Shown here: piece after piece, positions 24,624 through 38,276 of the stretch
Position numbering within the stretch: the first letter of the stretch is position 1
How the letters are laid out: the number at the start of each line of letters is the position of its first letter
Assembly (NCBI RefSeq): GCF_006345805.1
Contig: NC_043006.1
Span: 74,834,001 to 74,897,910 of the forward strand
Source: Octopus sinensis
Lineage: Eukaryota
Direction: 5' to 3'
Length of the DNA: 63,910 bases
The notes under the pieces: generated by a model
Databases searched by the model: none
Told to the model about the DNA's origin: nothing
The model's input: the letters and a program-made list of their open reading frames with translations, nothing else
Position numbers and translations under genes: made by a program

Positions 24624-25958
24624 CTATTTTCGCGTCTTTTTATTAAGTTTTGGAAATATTAACTTCCGCTTTTGAATCACACCTTGTGATTGCTCAACAG
24701 TTTTTGAATCCATTGGTTCTTGTTCTTCCTGTTTAAGTGAGGCGCTCCACCGAGGAGAATTGTCACCGGAAGAATCTTTTATTCTTTTAATCATATTTGA
24801 TGGATCTTGGGAAGAAAAACTTCCTTTAACAGGATGGTGCGATTTACTTTGCATTTTGAGATTACGTTGGGGCGATTTGGAACGAATCGATTCATCTTCG
24901 TCAGAACTCCACAGAACAGGACCAGGAAGATTGTCAAAAGTTTTTGTTAATTCTAACACTTGAGGGAGATCCTCTTTAACAGAATCATTATCATGAAGAC
25001 TTCGATTATATCCCGACAACAAGAATCTAGAGACAGAATGTAATGGAGTAACGGGTTCCTCAGATATCTGAGATTCAGTAGTACCAGATTCTTCCAAATT
25101 TTTCGAAGACGGCACAGTTTGCTTTTTATTATTTCCTTCTGATGTCGAGTTTTTAACAGCTGAGCTTTCATTTTTAATGTGTTTTTGCTTTTCCGTTTTA
25201 TTATTATCATCTTTATCGAGTGATTTCATCTTTTTAACTTTATTCTCAATACTTGCTCCATTTTTCTTTTTGTTGCTAGATTTTGTATTTATAGGTTTCC
25301 TATTGATGGCCTTTTGGCTTGTGGAATTCGAGCTGTTAACTTTCGAATTTTCAGTAGTTGTATCATTCTTTGCTGTATTCTTGCAAATGCTGCTTTTTTC
25401 ACAATACAAAACAACCAAGCGGTAAAATTGAAGCAAAATGACGAGAGTGTTTTTAGAAGTAAAGAATATATTGGTGTAGCTTAAGACGTTGTATCGAAAT
25501 ATTAGTAACATACGTAGCACAAGGAATGGTCCATCCTGTAAGATAATAGTTGTCAAGATTGATATAATGTCTGCAGTACAGCAACAACAACACAAGCCCT
25601 TGTTAGTCTTATTTGAATTAGTTTCTTCTAAGTTTTCTACCTTTTCTTTAACATAGAGTGGGCGTGGACGGCGCGCTTTCGATGTGGTGACCACAAATGT
25701 AAATTGCAGCAAACTGGCCGTCCAAAGGGAGAGAATAACGATGGTCAAGGTCCAGTTGTATTTGACCACTTCTTCTTTGAATGCTTCGAATAGTTCAATT
25801 ATATCAGCTGCCATACCAATATAGACCAGTAGCAATTGGGAAAGCTGTTCTCTTGAGATCTTTCCTTTCGGTAGCAGCCAACGGCCAATAATAAGCAGGA
25901 GGAGAAGCACTTGCTGAAGAATTCGCACCCACTTTTCTGGATCCAACATAATTTTGAA
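24624..25958 (-). CDS. TMEM26: Terminal coding exon of a TMEM26-like multipass membrane protein (444 aa plus stop)
   Basis: Translation has LLLLIIGRWLLPKG, QLSQLLLVYIGMAADIIE and QDGPFLVLRMLLIF..NIFFTSKNTLVILLQFYRLVVL, matching TMEM26 family motifs as I recall them. Acceptor TTTTCAG|TTC at 25959/25958 (phase 0); stop TAG at 24626-24624. The ORF-track N-terminal poly-I/V/Y/H is intronic microsatellite. Confidence 0.93.
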   Translation of the reverse strand, partial: FKIMLDPEKWVRILQQVLLLLLIIGRWLLPKGKISREQLSQLLLVYIGMAADIIELFEAFKEEVVKYNWTLTIVILSLWTASLLQFTFVVTTSKARRPRPLYVKEKVENLEETNSNKTNKGLCCCCCTADIISILTTIILQDGPFLVLRMLLIFRYNVLSYTNIFFTSKNTLVILLQFYRLVVLYCEKSSICKNTAKNDTTTENSKVNSSNSTSQKAINRKPINTKSSNKKKNGASIENKVKKMKSLDKDDNNKTEKQKHIKNESSAVKNSTSEGNNKKQTVPSSKNLEESGTTESQISEEPVTPLHSVSRFLLSGYNRSLHDNDSVKEDLPQVLELTKTFDNLPGPVLWSSDEDESIRSKSPQRNLKMQSKSHHPVKGSFSSQDPSNMIKRIKDSSGDNSPRWSASLKQEEQEPMDSKTVEQSQGVIQKRKLIFPKLNKKTRK

Positions 25959-25961
25959 CTG

Positions 25962-26130
<169 letters not shown>

Positions 26131-26133
<3 letters not shown>

Positions 26134-26667
26134 TTGGGAACTCTGTGGAAATTACGGCCTACAAAGAGCAAAGACGTGGTATCAGCAAACCCCAGGAGTC
26201 ACCGAAAATGAGAATTGCAAAATCCTGTTGGATGCAATGATCCAGTGCGATCACCTGACCAGACATCGGAAACTGGATATTGTTGTGGTGAATAAAAAAA
26301 AGAAAGAACATAGCATGCCCCGGTGACGACAGGATAAATGTGAAAGAAGAAGCGAAAATAAATAACTATGATGATTTGAAGTGGGGAAATACGAAGGTTG
26401 TGATCAGTGAAGAGAGAAGACATGATAACAATAGTAATTGGTGCACTTGGAAGTATCATCACTCAACTACCAACATGGCTGAAAAAGACTGGTGCAAATG
26501 TGAAGTTAGAACACCTACAAAAAAAATCAACATTGCTTAGAACTGCAAGAATTCTTCGCGGGGTTCTTGAAGCATGACCAGTAAACAAATGTCACCTTAG
26601 TCTGCCTGCTGTGGACAGCTGACACTTTCCATCATACCCAGCAAAATAAGCTGTGAATTTTCAACAG

Positions 26668-26708
<41 letters not shown>
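26131..26708 (+). mobile_element. 5'-truncated Dong/R4-clade LINE 3' end (restriction-like endonuclease) with (ATA)n tail
   Basis: Reconstructed WELCGNYGL..ENENCKILLD..RKLDIVVV..KINNYDDLK..IVIGALG..STLLRTARILRGVLEA*; embedded in trinucleotide microsatellites. Confidence 0.8.
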
Positions 26709-26709
<1 letters not shown>

Positions 26710-26719
26710 TCCTTTTTAA

Positions 26720-27900
26720 CCAATGCTCAAAGCCAGATTGGACTCGAAAATAGTATGTTGTAAAACGTTGGAATAGGAAGTCAATCGGCTATCTTTTGCA
26801 CATGGACGACCTCGTGTTATACATCGCAGATGATAAACAACTAGATATACTGCTACAGACAGTACATTGATTTACTCAAGGAACTGATAAGTGCTTCTCC
26901 AAGTGGAAAAATGCGCTAATGTAATCTTGTAGAAGGGAAAATTAAGTACATTAAATTTCATACTAGAAATAGACTCTGTGATAAGATAATTACAATAAAC
27001 ACAGAGTTACAAGCACTTAGGAATCAATGAACTGGGCAAACGAAAGAAAAAGTTAGGAAGAATATTATAGATTTATCAAATAAATACTCAGAACAGAACT
27101 AAATACAGACGGTAAGATAATCGGATTCAAATATCCTAGTTATTATTATAATATTCTTAACGCCGCCAAGTAAGTTAACATTTATATACAAGTAAATTAA
27201 AACACATACAATGGGATATAATAAGTGTATTCAGAAAACACCACTCAAAATATAATGCAGAAAGATTCTATTTTTCCCTGAATACAAGATGGTAAGGTCC
27301 TTATGCGACTAGAGAACTATTGTGGGATTACGAAAATATCTAGTAAATAAACGAAATAGAACAAGAAAACTAATACAAGGAATTGAATAAATATAAAACA
27401 AAAACTGAAATGATAGATTGTTTTGAAGGAAAGGGAAAAAGATAAAACTGACATTAAAGGCTGCCATTCGAAAATGATGGTAAAATGTTCGTTTGAGATC
27501 AAAAAATGGTAAAACAAAATAAGAGAGATAAATCGACAAAGAAACATTGTAGCATTGGTTGAGAAGCATAGACTCAAAGCTGAAATTGAAGGACTCCTAG
27601 CTGCAACATATGAGCGAAATCTACTTGCCAGAAATCACCAAAAGGCGCTTATTAAAGCAGAGTATGTTAACTAAATGGAGAATAGATGTGGAGGTCAAGT
27701 AGAAACACTTGGCCGAATTATCTCTGCTCAGTCTTAGTCACGAGAGAAGACATCTGCACTCACTCAAATTATGACGGACAGAAACGAATGGTATTTCGAA
27801 GCCTTCTGACGAAAACATCACCAGGAAGGTTGTCGAGAAGTTGTAAAATTAGATGGATCTTGAACCAGAAATAAGCAAAACCTGTGGTATGAGAGTGAAA
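26720..27900 (+). mobile_element. Highly decayed LINE RT fragment, probably Dong/R4
   Basis: LHMDDLVLYIADDKQLDILLQTV (YMDD-type motif) near 26795-26865; many stops downstream. Confidence 0.6.
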
Positions 27901-28561
27901 TCAGTACTAACATCCAAAATGTACCAGAACCAAAATAAATCGATCCTTTTTCTAAATTTAAGTCGCTGATTACAATGACCATACTCGTTTCTTTTAAGAT
28001 TTGCTAAAGTTTTTGAATTACAGAAACTATCCCCTTTTTCGATTTCTCCTCAAGAGCATGTCAAAATGATCCTTCCATAAAATGAGACCATTTGCTGTGC
28101 CTGAAAATGAATGTGTCAATTCTTATAGACCCTTAGTTACAAATCACGGAAATGATACTAATTTTTTTCAAAATTCCTTAATGTTTTGGAAAATCAGGAT
28201 TAAAACCCATCTGAATTTCTTCAAAATCTATAGAAGAGGCATAATGCAGTAAAGATCAAAAACGAATGTGACATACGAGCACAATCATCTTCTTCCAAGA
28301 TTCAATGCTGTACACATTTAAAGAACACGGAGGTGCAACAGAGAATGCAACAGAAACTAATATAAAAACTGTTAAAACTTGAAGATGATACGGAAAATAA
28401 AGGCAGCGCATCGGCCGAAAGCGTTGGTTAAAATGCCTCCGGCTTTCTATGCGCCCTGAATTCAAATCCCATCATGGTCAACTTTGCTTTTTATCTTTTT
28501 GGGGTCGTTTGGAGGAGCACCAATCCTAGGAGGTAGATTAGCAGAACTGTGAGAACGGCGA

Positions 28562-28865
28562 CTGTGGAGGCGCAATGGCCCAGTGGTTAGGGCAGCGGAC
28601 TCGCGGTCGGAGAATCGCGGTTTTGAATCCCAGACCGGGCGTTGTGTGTATTTATTGAGCGAAAACACCTAAAAACTCCACGATGCTCCGGCAGGGGGGG
28701 GGTGACCCCTGTTGTACTCTTTCGCCCCAACTTTCTCTCACTCTTTCTACCTGTTTCTTGAGTAACGCTGCGATGGACTGGCGTCCCGTCCAGCTGGGGA
28801 GAACACAGAAACCGGGAAACCGGGCCCCTGAGCCTGGCTAGGCTTGAAAAAGGGCGAAAAGAAAA
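28562..28865 (+). mobile_element. Family A-related SINE (same head, different 3' body); similar copies at ~6715-7027(-), 17905-18200(+), 33805-33995(+)
   Basis: Shared tRNA-like head and CAACTTTCTCTCACTCTTTC block. Confidence 0.8.
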
Positions 28866-28916
28866 GAAGAACGTCGACCGGATGCCTTGCGGTATTTGTT
28901 CCGGCTCTTGTATCTT

Positions 28917-29198
28917 AATAATGCTGGGATTGTTACCTTAGCCATTCTGCTGGGCCATACTGGCTCCTACATATTGTTCGTGATGCTTTTATTTCTGCCC
29001 TACATTGCCTTTGTCTACTTGGGACTGCATTATTCCAAATGGTATTTTCTACCTCTCTTAACCGTGTTTGAATCCTTTAAATTGGAGAGATATTTTCGTT
29101 ACCGTCACTTGGAACAATTGCCTCGGAAAGTGGCACGGTTGAATTTTATTTTTGGGCTTCTTTATGTTATAGCTTGTATATTGGCACTAAAACACTGA
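28917..29198 (+). pseudogene. UBIAD1: C-terminal ~93 codons of a UBIAD1/Heix-like UbiA prenyltransferase; 5'-truncated fragment (retrocopy, duplicated fragment or orphaned last exon)
   Basis: [58 protein letters not shown] aligns without gaps to the human UBIAD1 C-terminus as I recall it ([58 protein letters not shown]). Stop TGA 29196-29198. No AG acceptor immediately upstream; the 5' flank is SINE sequence. Confidence 0.85.
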
Positions 29199-31390
29199 CC
29201 AAACATTCGCAGCAAGATCCATCGAAAGGCAAAGTATTTATTATTGTTATTTTTATACTTGTTTTTATTATTGTTTTTTGTTATTGATGGAGAAACAGAT
29301 TTGGTAAAGCCTTGCAGTATTCATAGCGTGTTTTTCAGCCTTTCGCGATCGATAAAATGAAGTACCAGTCAGATACTGGGGTCGATTTTGTACTGTGCCA
29401 CTCTGCCATGTGAGGTCCTGTGGGTGAATTGTGTTGAGAAGGCGAAATCAGTAAAGCGGCCGACAAAATTCTTGCGGTATTTCATGTTCCTTTACGTCGA
29501 GGACAAATACTGACAGGGTTTCCGTTTTTGTATCAATAAAATAAACACCTGTAATTACTAGTTACGATATAATCAGGTACATCGATTATACTCTCACCAA
29601 TAGTTGAAATAATAGTTATTAGTGAGACTTTAGAGTGGTTGAAACGGAATGCTAGGTTAACAGGTTCCCTTATGTTCTGAGTTAAAATCATATTGAAATA
29701 AGGACTTGTCACATACTAGTACCGGTTTCATCGAATAAACCTTTCTACTGTAATTTGTGGCCTTCTATCAATTATGATAGTGTAGTCGTATCCTTGTTTA
29801 TGATGTCTTCAGAATAATTAAAATGCTTCAAAATTTCAAATCAAATTACGCGACTGTTCCACCTGCTAGAAATGGTAGTCATATCACACCCTACGAAGGC
29901 TGAGGAACCATGTCTGAGTAATAGACAGGATGGTCACAACTTTTATGATTAACGATTTACCTACTCGACACAATAATTCACATCCAAGACTTTATATGTT
30001 GATTGTAGAGTGCGGAATCGATTATATTGATCTCAGTATTTGACTGGTACTTTATTTTATCGATCTGACTTGTAGGACTTTTTGACCAACGATTCGTTCT
30101 CCTTCAATTAAAACTGACTCGGTGCTAAACAACAATAATGACTTCGACCGTTCGTCATGATTAGCATGAATTATCAATATTATTGGCAGAATTGTTGAAG
30201 TGTGGAAGAAATACTTTGCAGTATTTATTCCAGCTCCTTATTTCTGAGTTCAAATCTCTCTAAGGTCAAGTTTATCTTTCATTCCAAGATCGATAAAATA
30301 AAGTATCAATCCAGTAGTAAGGATCGGTTTATTCGACTAACCATCTTCTTTCAAGATTGTTGGCCAAAATCAGAAATCAGTTTTCTTCAGGTGCTGCACA
30401 AATTATTTAGCGCTATTTCCTCCGGCTCTTTATGTCCTGAGATCAAATACTGTCGGAGCCGACTTCGCGTTTCATCCTTTCGAGGTCGATAAGATAAGCA
30501 GCATTTGAGCACCGGGGTCGATGTGAAGATCCTAATCGACCTCGCTCACCCCTCAAAAAATTCATTTATTTTCAAGACAATATTCTCAGTTGAGATAACT
30601 AATCTTGGTGCTTTACGTTTTCTTCTTTCTTCCTCTCATCTTCTTTAGTTCGCGATCTTTTGTTTCGTGTTCAAACAATCTTTACCACATCCATAATCTT
30701 GATACAAACTAATGTTTCAAGTTCTAGGCTGTAGTTATTGCACAAGGGCATATCTTCTTAAGAAGGTAATTGGTTATATGATTTCTCCACCCAGCTGATA
30801 TTTTATATAACCACGAATAACACGGGGCATTACTAATTAGTTAATTATATATTTACCACGAGTTAGTTTATGACGATAGACATACACCTGAGAGATACAT
30901 ATGTCAAGTTTTAATACCCCTATTTTTTTTTTTGTTTTTCACAGTTGCTAATTTTGTTTTGTAAATGACATGTGCTGTTTTCTGAATTATTCTAGTGTGT
31001 TTACAAAAATGCCTCTGTAGCAGATTTTTGCCTCAACTATCGGGGACGGGAGGAAGTCTTTCTAAAATCTGAGTCCCTCTGAATCTACTGAGGCCCTTTT
31101 AAGTTTTAGGGCATCTACATTTAGTCGGGCCCTCTCTGCTATTTTATGTTCTAAGTTAGCAAAACCGTAGCCCCCCCCCCCGGAAAATGGCCTCGATGTC
31201 CCATCAGACCTATTCCAGCCCTACTTACGAAGATCCCTAGCAACTCTTTCCTAAGTTGTACTTCACTGTGTCGCCTGAAATGTTTTTCATCACGTTTGCT
31301 CCATAACCTGTGGCTGAAGAAAAATAACAAATAATACGGCAAGTACAGCATCATCAATGATTCTTACGCTGATTACACGAGTCTCCAAGT

Positions 31391-31680
31391 CAGGGGTCGG
31401 GGAACTTTTTTGGTAACCAATTACACCAAAATATATTTATTTACTCCGACTTTATCCCCCTTAATTTGAAAAGAAGAAAATCGCAGATTCTTTGAATTCA
31501 AAAGGTTTATTGAAAGAACTCGTTTTCTATGTAATTTTACTTACGTCTAATGAGTCCTCATTACCCCTAAGAATTTTATTCTTACCCCACTTCGGGTAAT
31601 TTATCCCGGTTCACCTGCCCTAAGCGGGTGCGTGATCTTTTAGAAATAGTTAGAATTTTCCCTAAAACCACAACCTGCCG
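31391..31680 (+). mobile_element. hAT-like non-autonomous element; second copy at ~61835-62070
   Basis: CAGGGGTCGGGGAACTTTTT start; internal block TCTAATGA(G/A)TCCTCATTAC...TACCCCACTT.GGGTAATTTA is shared with 61990-62055. Confidence 0.5.
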
Positions 31681-32395
31681 TATTAAAAGAGAATGGTCAC
31701 AGTGTATAATAATGTATGTATGCATACACACTCCTGGTCTAATTTAGTCTCTTTTAATATGGTATACGCACACTTAAGCACGGTCGAATAGTTATGAAGT
31801 GTGCTCCATCGACTTTGTTTCGTCAAAAGTTCCAGAAAAGTACTTTTTAGTGAAATTTTCTCCAACTATCTTTCATGTGGTGTAGATTGTGATTCTATTG
31901 GAATTTGTTGTGAAAAGGTGTTTTCGGGGGTGGGGGGGAGTTTCGGGTAATTCCACAATGTTGGATTTGTTTCCTCGTTACTTTATGGAAAATTAATATT
32001 TTTGTGATAACACTAGTGCCAAACTAGATTAATGGTTTTTCTCTGGGAAAAATATCAATGGAGTAAAGACAGAAGATTTGCATGCATGGTTATGCTTGTT
32101 TAAATCAAAAAATTTTGCCCATGTGGTCACATATACGTATGGATGTATAGTCAGTATTAATCGACAGGGATCCTACAATAAGGATTATAAAAAAGGATGA
32201 TAAGGATTTCTGACTTTACACAAAGCCACATATTTGTAAGGAAGTGATGTGGGCGATAAACCAACCCCAACATTTAACTGGTATTACTTCGTCAAACTTG
32301 CTAATTGAGAAGTAAAGTATCGCATTCTGAAGGTCCTATAGCGTACCATCCCAAAATAAAAATCTTATTTTATTTTAGACACACACACAGAGACA

Positions 32396-32434
<39 letters not shown>

Positions 32435-32447
32435 CACACACACACAC

Positions 32448-32504
<57 letters not shown>

Positions 32505-32524
32505 CACACACACACACACGCACG

Positions 32525-32561
<37 letters not shown>

Positions 32562-32756
32562 ACACACACATACACGCACTCACACACACATATATGCGCA
32601 GGCGTGGCTGTGTGGTAAGAAATTTGTTTCCCAGCCACATGGTTCGGGTTCAGTTCCACTGCGTGACACATTGGAGTGAGTGTCTTCTACTGTAGCTTCG
32701 GGCCGACTAAAGCCATGCGAGTGGATTTGGTAGACAGAAACTGGAAGAAGCGCGTC

Positions 32757-32823
<67 letters not shown>

Positions 32824-33174
32824 TGTGTCTTTGTTTCTTTGTCCTGCACCACCGCTTGAAAAACCGGTGTTGGTGTGTTTACATTCCCATAACATAACGG
32901 TTCGATAAAAGGCGACTGATAGAATAACTATCAGGCTTTAAAAAGTCCTGGGGTTGATTCGTTCGACTAAAAACTATTCAAGGCGGTGCCCCAGCATGGC
33001 TGCAGTCTAATGATTGAAATACGTTTAACATGACAGATTAAAGATATATGATAAGACCTGTACGTAGCTGTCCTTGTTGGTGTCCAGTGCATTCTATGCT
33101 TTAATTAGATGAAATATAATTCTATGCAGCCAGAGTAACACCGGTGCGAAATAAATTGAAGGTTGTTGGCAATT

Positions 33175-33568
33175 CTTTTTTTTTTAAGCACTCCGTCGGT
33201 TACGACGACGAGAGTTCCGGTTGATCCGAATCAACGGAACAGCCTGCTCGTGAAATTAACGTGTAAGTGGCTGGGCACTCCACAGACACGTGTACCCTTA
33301 ACGTAGTTCTCGGGGATATTCAGCGTGACACAGAGAGTGACAAGGCCGGCCCTTTGAAATACAGGTACAACAGAAACAGGAAGTAAGAGTGAGAGAAAGT
33401 TGTGGTGAAAGAGTACAGCAGGGATCACCACCATCCCCTGCCGGAGCCTCGTGGAGCTTTAGGCGTTTTCGCTCAATAAACACTCACAACGTCCGGCCTG
33501 GGAATCGAAACCGCGATCCTATGACCGCGAGTCCGCTGCCCTAACCACTGGGCCATTGCGCCTCCACA
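33175..33568 (-). mobile_element. Full-length family A SINE with poly(A) tail
   Basis: Near-identical to 20728-21115; TSD TGTTGGCAATT at 33164-33174 and 33569-33579. Confidence 0.9.
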
Positions 33569-35084
33569 TGTTGGCAATTAATAAGATATGGTTCATGCGT
33601 TTTGATTCAAGATTCATTAGGTTTCAGCGCCAGTTCATAATATAAAGAAGAAAACGTGCAACAAAGCGAATACCCGTCTTCAGGCATCTACCATACTCTG
33701 AACGTCTTGCTTCCTTGGGTATGGACAGGTTGAAGCTCAGACGTCTGGTAACTGTCTTGGTAGACACCCACAAGATTATCCACCATCTTTCCAACAACAA
33801 CCGTGGTGGAGGTGCAATGGCCCAGTGGTTAGGGCAGCGGACTCGCAGTCGTAAGAACGCGGTTTCGATTCCCAGACCGCGCATTGTGAGTGTTTATTGA
33901 GCAAAAACACCTAAGCTCCACAAGGCTCCGGCGGGGTGGTGGTGAACCCCGCTGTACTCTTTCACCACAACTTTCTCTCACTGTTTCTTCATATTTCTGC
34001 CACAAAGCAGAGGAACCATGGTGTAACCCACTATGGTGTGGTAAACTTTCAGATCCTATTCTAGATTACATCGACCCCAGTGCGTAACTGGCACTTAATT
34101 TATCGACCCTGAAAGGATGAAAGGCAAAGTCGACCTCGGCGGAATTTGAACCTTGTTACATTCTGTGTCACGCTGAACTTTCCCGAGAACTACGTTAACG
34201 GTACATGTGTCTGTGGAATGCTCAGTCACTTGCACGTTAATTTCACGAGCAGGCTCTTCGGTTGATCGGATCATCTGGGACCCTCGTCATTGTAGCCGAC
34301 GGAGTGTCAGCAAAATGTGTGTGTGTGGCCGAAAGGTCAACAAGTTAACTTCGATCTCTCTCTCCTTAAGTGGAATCTTGTGACCCACATTTGTGAGCGA
34401 AAAAATTAGGTAGATGGAAAATGCATTGAAGCCCATCGGGTGGATTATACCCGTAATTAAAGAGGTACAGTCTTATCATGCACTATGTCACTCGCAGACA
34501 TATCTGCCTAAAGAATACTAAGTCTCAGGAAATTTAGTCGATCGAACAAGTGAATACTTATCGTCGACCGAAACGGAGATCCACCGCACACACGCGCTCG
34601 CCTAATTGCGTGCGTATGAGTGCACGCGCGCGCGTGGGTGCGTGCGTGTGTGTATGTGTGTAAGTGTGTTCGTATGTTCATATGTATGTTTGTATGTAAA
34701 CTGTCTGAAAGATAGATTATTATCAGATACAGATAAAATTCTACAATTCTACTGTTCATTTACTCTTCCTCTTTTACCATTTCCAGTTAACGAGGCTGAA
34801 CAGCTATGCTAATGCAGCGCCATCTGTTGAAAATATTATCTCATCATCTAATTTCTGTGTTTGTATCACGTGTCCTAAACCCACACAGCGAACTAAAGAT
34901 GTACTATTTATAGGAATATTATTTATTTGTTAGTTGCAGGCATCGGTTAAGAAGCTCGATTTACAACCACGTGATTTCAAGTTCAGTGTCACTGCGCGGC
35001 ACCTTGAGCAAATGTCATCTAGTATAGCTCCAGGACGACCAATTCCTCGTGAGCGAATTTGGTAGATAGAAACTGAGTTTTAAG

Positions 35085-35500
35085 GCGGCGAGCTGGCAGA
35101 AACGTGAGCAAGCGGGGCGATAATGCTTAGCGGTATTTCACCTGTCGCAAGGCTGTGAGTTCAAATTCCGCCGAGGTTGACTTTGCCTTTCATCCTTTCG
35201 GGGTCGATAAATAAAGTACCAGCTACGTACTGGGGTCGATATAATCGACTTAATCCATTTGTCTGTCCTTGTCTGTCCTCTCTGTGTTTAGCCCCTTGTG
35301 GGTAGTAAAGAAATAGGTATTTCGTCTGCCGCTACGTTCAGAGTTCAAATTCCTCCGAGGTCGACTTTGCCTTTCACCCTTTCGGGGTCGATAAATTAAG
35401 TACCAGTTACGCACTGGGGTCGATGTAATCGACTTAATCCCTTTGTCTGTCCTTGTTTGTCCCCTCTATGTTTAGCCCCTTGTGGGCAATAAAGAAATAA
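35085..35500 (+). mobile_element. Dimeric family B SINE; similar copies at 7810-8205(-), 15040-15425(-), 62340-62722(-); monomers at 60320-60552(-), 63205-63432(+)
   Basis: Same head, core and CCCCTTGTGGG.AGTAAAGAAATA tail units. Confidence 0.85.
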
Positions 35501-36059
35501 GAAACTGAGTGGAAGCCCATAGATTCACCCCACACACACACACAAATGTTATATATTCACGGTCAACTATAACTAACCCCATTCACCCGTTGTAACCCCA
35601 AACTTATCCGACCTCCTGTCAGTGTACCAATGTACAAATAGCCAGAACAACATGCCAAGGAGATCTCAGTACATCTTATGGGGTATCTTTTTTCTACACC
35701 AAGCATCTGAAGTGACACAGGCTGCACTGATTCATGCAACACATTGTGAGGGTTGTGAGTGTTTATTGAGCAAGAAACACCTAAGAGGAACCATGGTGTA
35801 AGTAAACCACTATGGTGTGGTAAACTTTCAGACCCTAATCTAGATTGTGAATCCTCGGTACCTCAGGATGGTTCAGCTCTCCACCCGTTAAAAACTCACC
35901 GTTTACAGAATGAGGACAACAACGTAGCTTTCGCGCCCGTGCAACCGCCAGTCTATCGCGTGTGGTGGGTGGATCTTCAAGTTGGCACACGCATTCTTTG
36001 TGGCTTAGAGTAGGCTCGAATTAGAGATTATTCTTTGTGGCTAATGGCGTGAGTCCTGA

Positions 36060-36238
36060 TTGAAGAAGAAGAAGAGAAGAAGAAAGAAGAAGAAGAAGAA
36101 AGAAGAAGAAGAAGAAGAAGAGAAGAAGAAGAAAGAAGAAGAAGAAGAAGAAGAAGAAGAAGAAGAAGAAGAAGAAGAAGAAGAAGAAGAAGAAGAAGAA
36201 GAAGAAGAAGATGATGATGATGATGATGATGATGATGC
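36060..36238. repeat. (GAA)n-(GAT)n microsatellite
   Basis: Seen directly; source of the poly-E/K/F/S ORFs. Confidence 0.95.
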
Positions 36239-36762
36239 AGCACAACAGGATGCACAATATTCTACCTCTAAGGGACAGATGCAGGATGGGTCGAAAAGAT
36301 TGTCGTGATGAACAAAGATTCGTATTGAATCCATCTTCCGTTTCCTTTATCAACTGCTCACACACACACATACACACACACACAGACACAGCCACACACA
36401 CACGCATGTACGCGCATACACACACTCGCACACACACATGTATGTGTGTGAGTCTGTATATGAACGTTTGTGTTTGTTCTCCTACCCTACCGCTTGACAA
36501 GCATTGTTGGCTTGTTTACGTACCCGCAACTTAGCGGTTCAGTGAAAGAGAGCGGTAGAGTAAGTACCGAATTTTAAAAAAGAAAAATAAGAACTGGGAT
36601 CAATTTTCTCTATTAAACCCTTTAAGACTGTGCTCCAGCATGGCCTTAGATCAATGACTGTAACGAGAAACGGATAAAGGATAGAAGGCTAAGTATTAGT
36701 TTTAAAAATAAAGACAAGGAAACAAGAAATATTTTTAATGTTTAAATAACGAAGGAGGATAC

Positions 36763-36916
36763 GTTTGATGCCAGCAGAGAGAGGTTTTGAACTTCTGACG
36801 GAGTCCTTGTTCCTCCAGAGACGCGATGATCCATTCTTCTCTTGAGCAGGTCAAGTTCCAGTAACCATATTGGTGGTAGACTGTACGCCAAATACAGGAA
36901 AACACTTGGACAAAAC
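36763..36916 (-). CDS. TMEM26: Internal coding exon of the TMEM26-like gene
   Basis: Encodes (W)FCPSVFLYLAYSLPPIWLLELDLLKRR..SLLASN, homologous to TMEM26 [22 protein letters not shown]. Acceptor ATTTCCAG|G at 36917/36916 (phase 2, fits a split Trp codon). Donor AAC|GTATCC at 36763/36762 is phase 0, compatible with the terminal exon. The donor position is less certain than the acceptor. Confidence 0.85.
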
Positions 36917-36964
36917 CTGGAAATAAGATTAAAATACAATGTAATTAATATCAATTATCGCTCT

Positions 36965-37811
<847 letters not shown>

Positions 37812-37812
<1 letters not shown>

Positions 37813-38178
37813 GCCTTTGCACAGCTTCTAACGCTGGAGATGTACAACGGTGTCAGCTGCTCACTACCAGTGAACTAAAGTAACACCTCTTATTTTTTGA
37901 GCACCTTCCGGAGTATTCGAGCGGTTCCAAGCAGTGCTGTTTTCTGCAAGTGCTCCACCCTTATTGCAGCCCCTATTTGTTCCACGTACTTCTCGAGACT
38001 TTTGCTCACTGTTCCCAAGGCTCAGACAATTATTGGTACTACTGCTACCTTTTTCATCGACCACAAATGCTAACCTTCCCAAGCTAACCTGTCATATCTC
38101 TCGACTTTTCTTTCTTTCTTATCGCATACCTTGTTGTCAGCTGGGCATGCTATATCTATGATTCAGCATTCTCTCTTT
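37812..38178 (-). mobile_element. Dong/R4 LINE 3' fragment inside a (TAA)n tract
   Basis: Minus strand LEKYVEQIGAAIRVEHLQKTALLGTARILRKVL; (TTA)n on both sides. Confidence 0.8.
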
Positions 38179-38200
38179 ATTGTTGTTGTTGTTGTTATTA

Positions 38201-38276
<76 letters not shown>

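Noticed and set aside
34770-34800. NWKW|GTAAAA on the minus strand as the missing TMEM26 exon 1 end
   Set aside because: It lies downstream of exon 36916-36763 and has an in-frame TAG about nine codons upstream.
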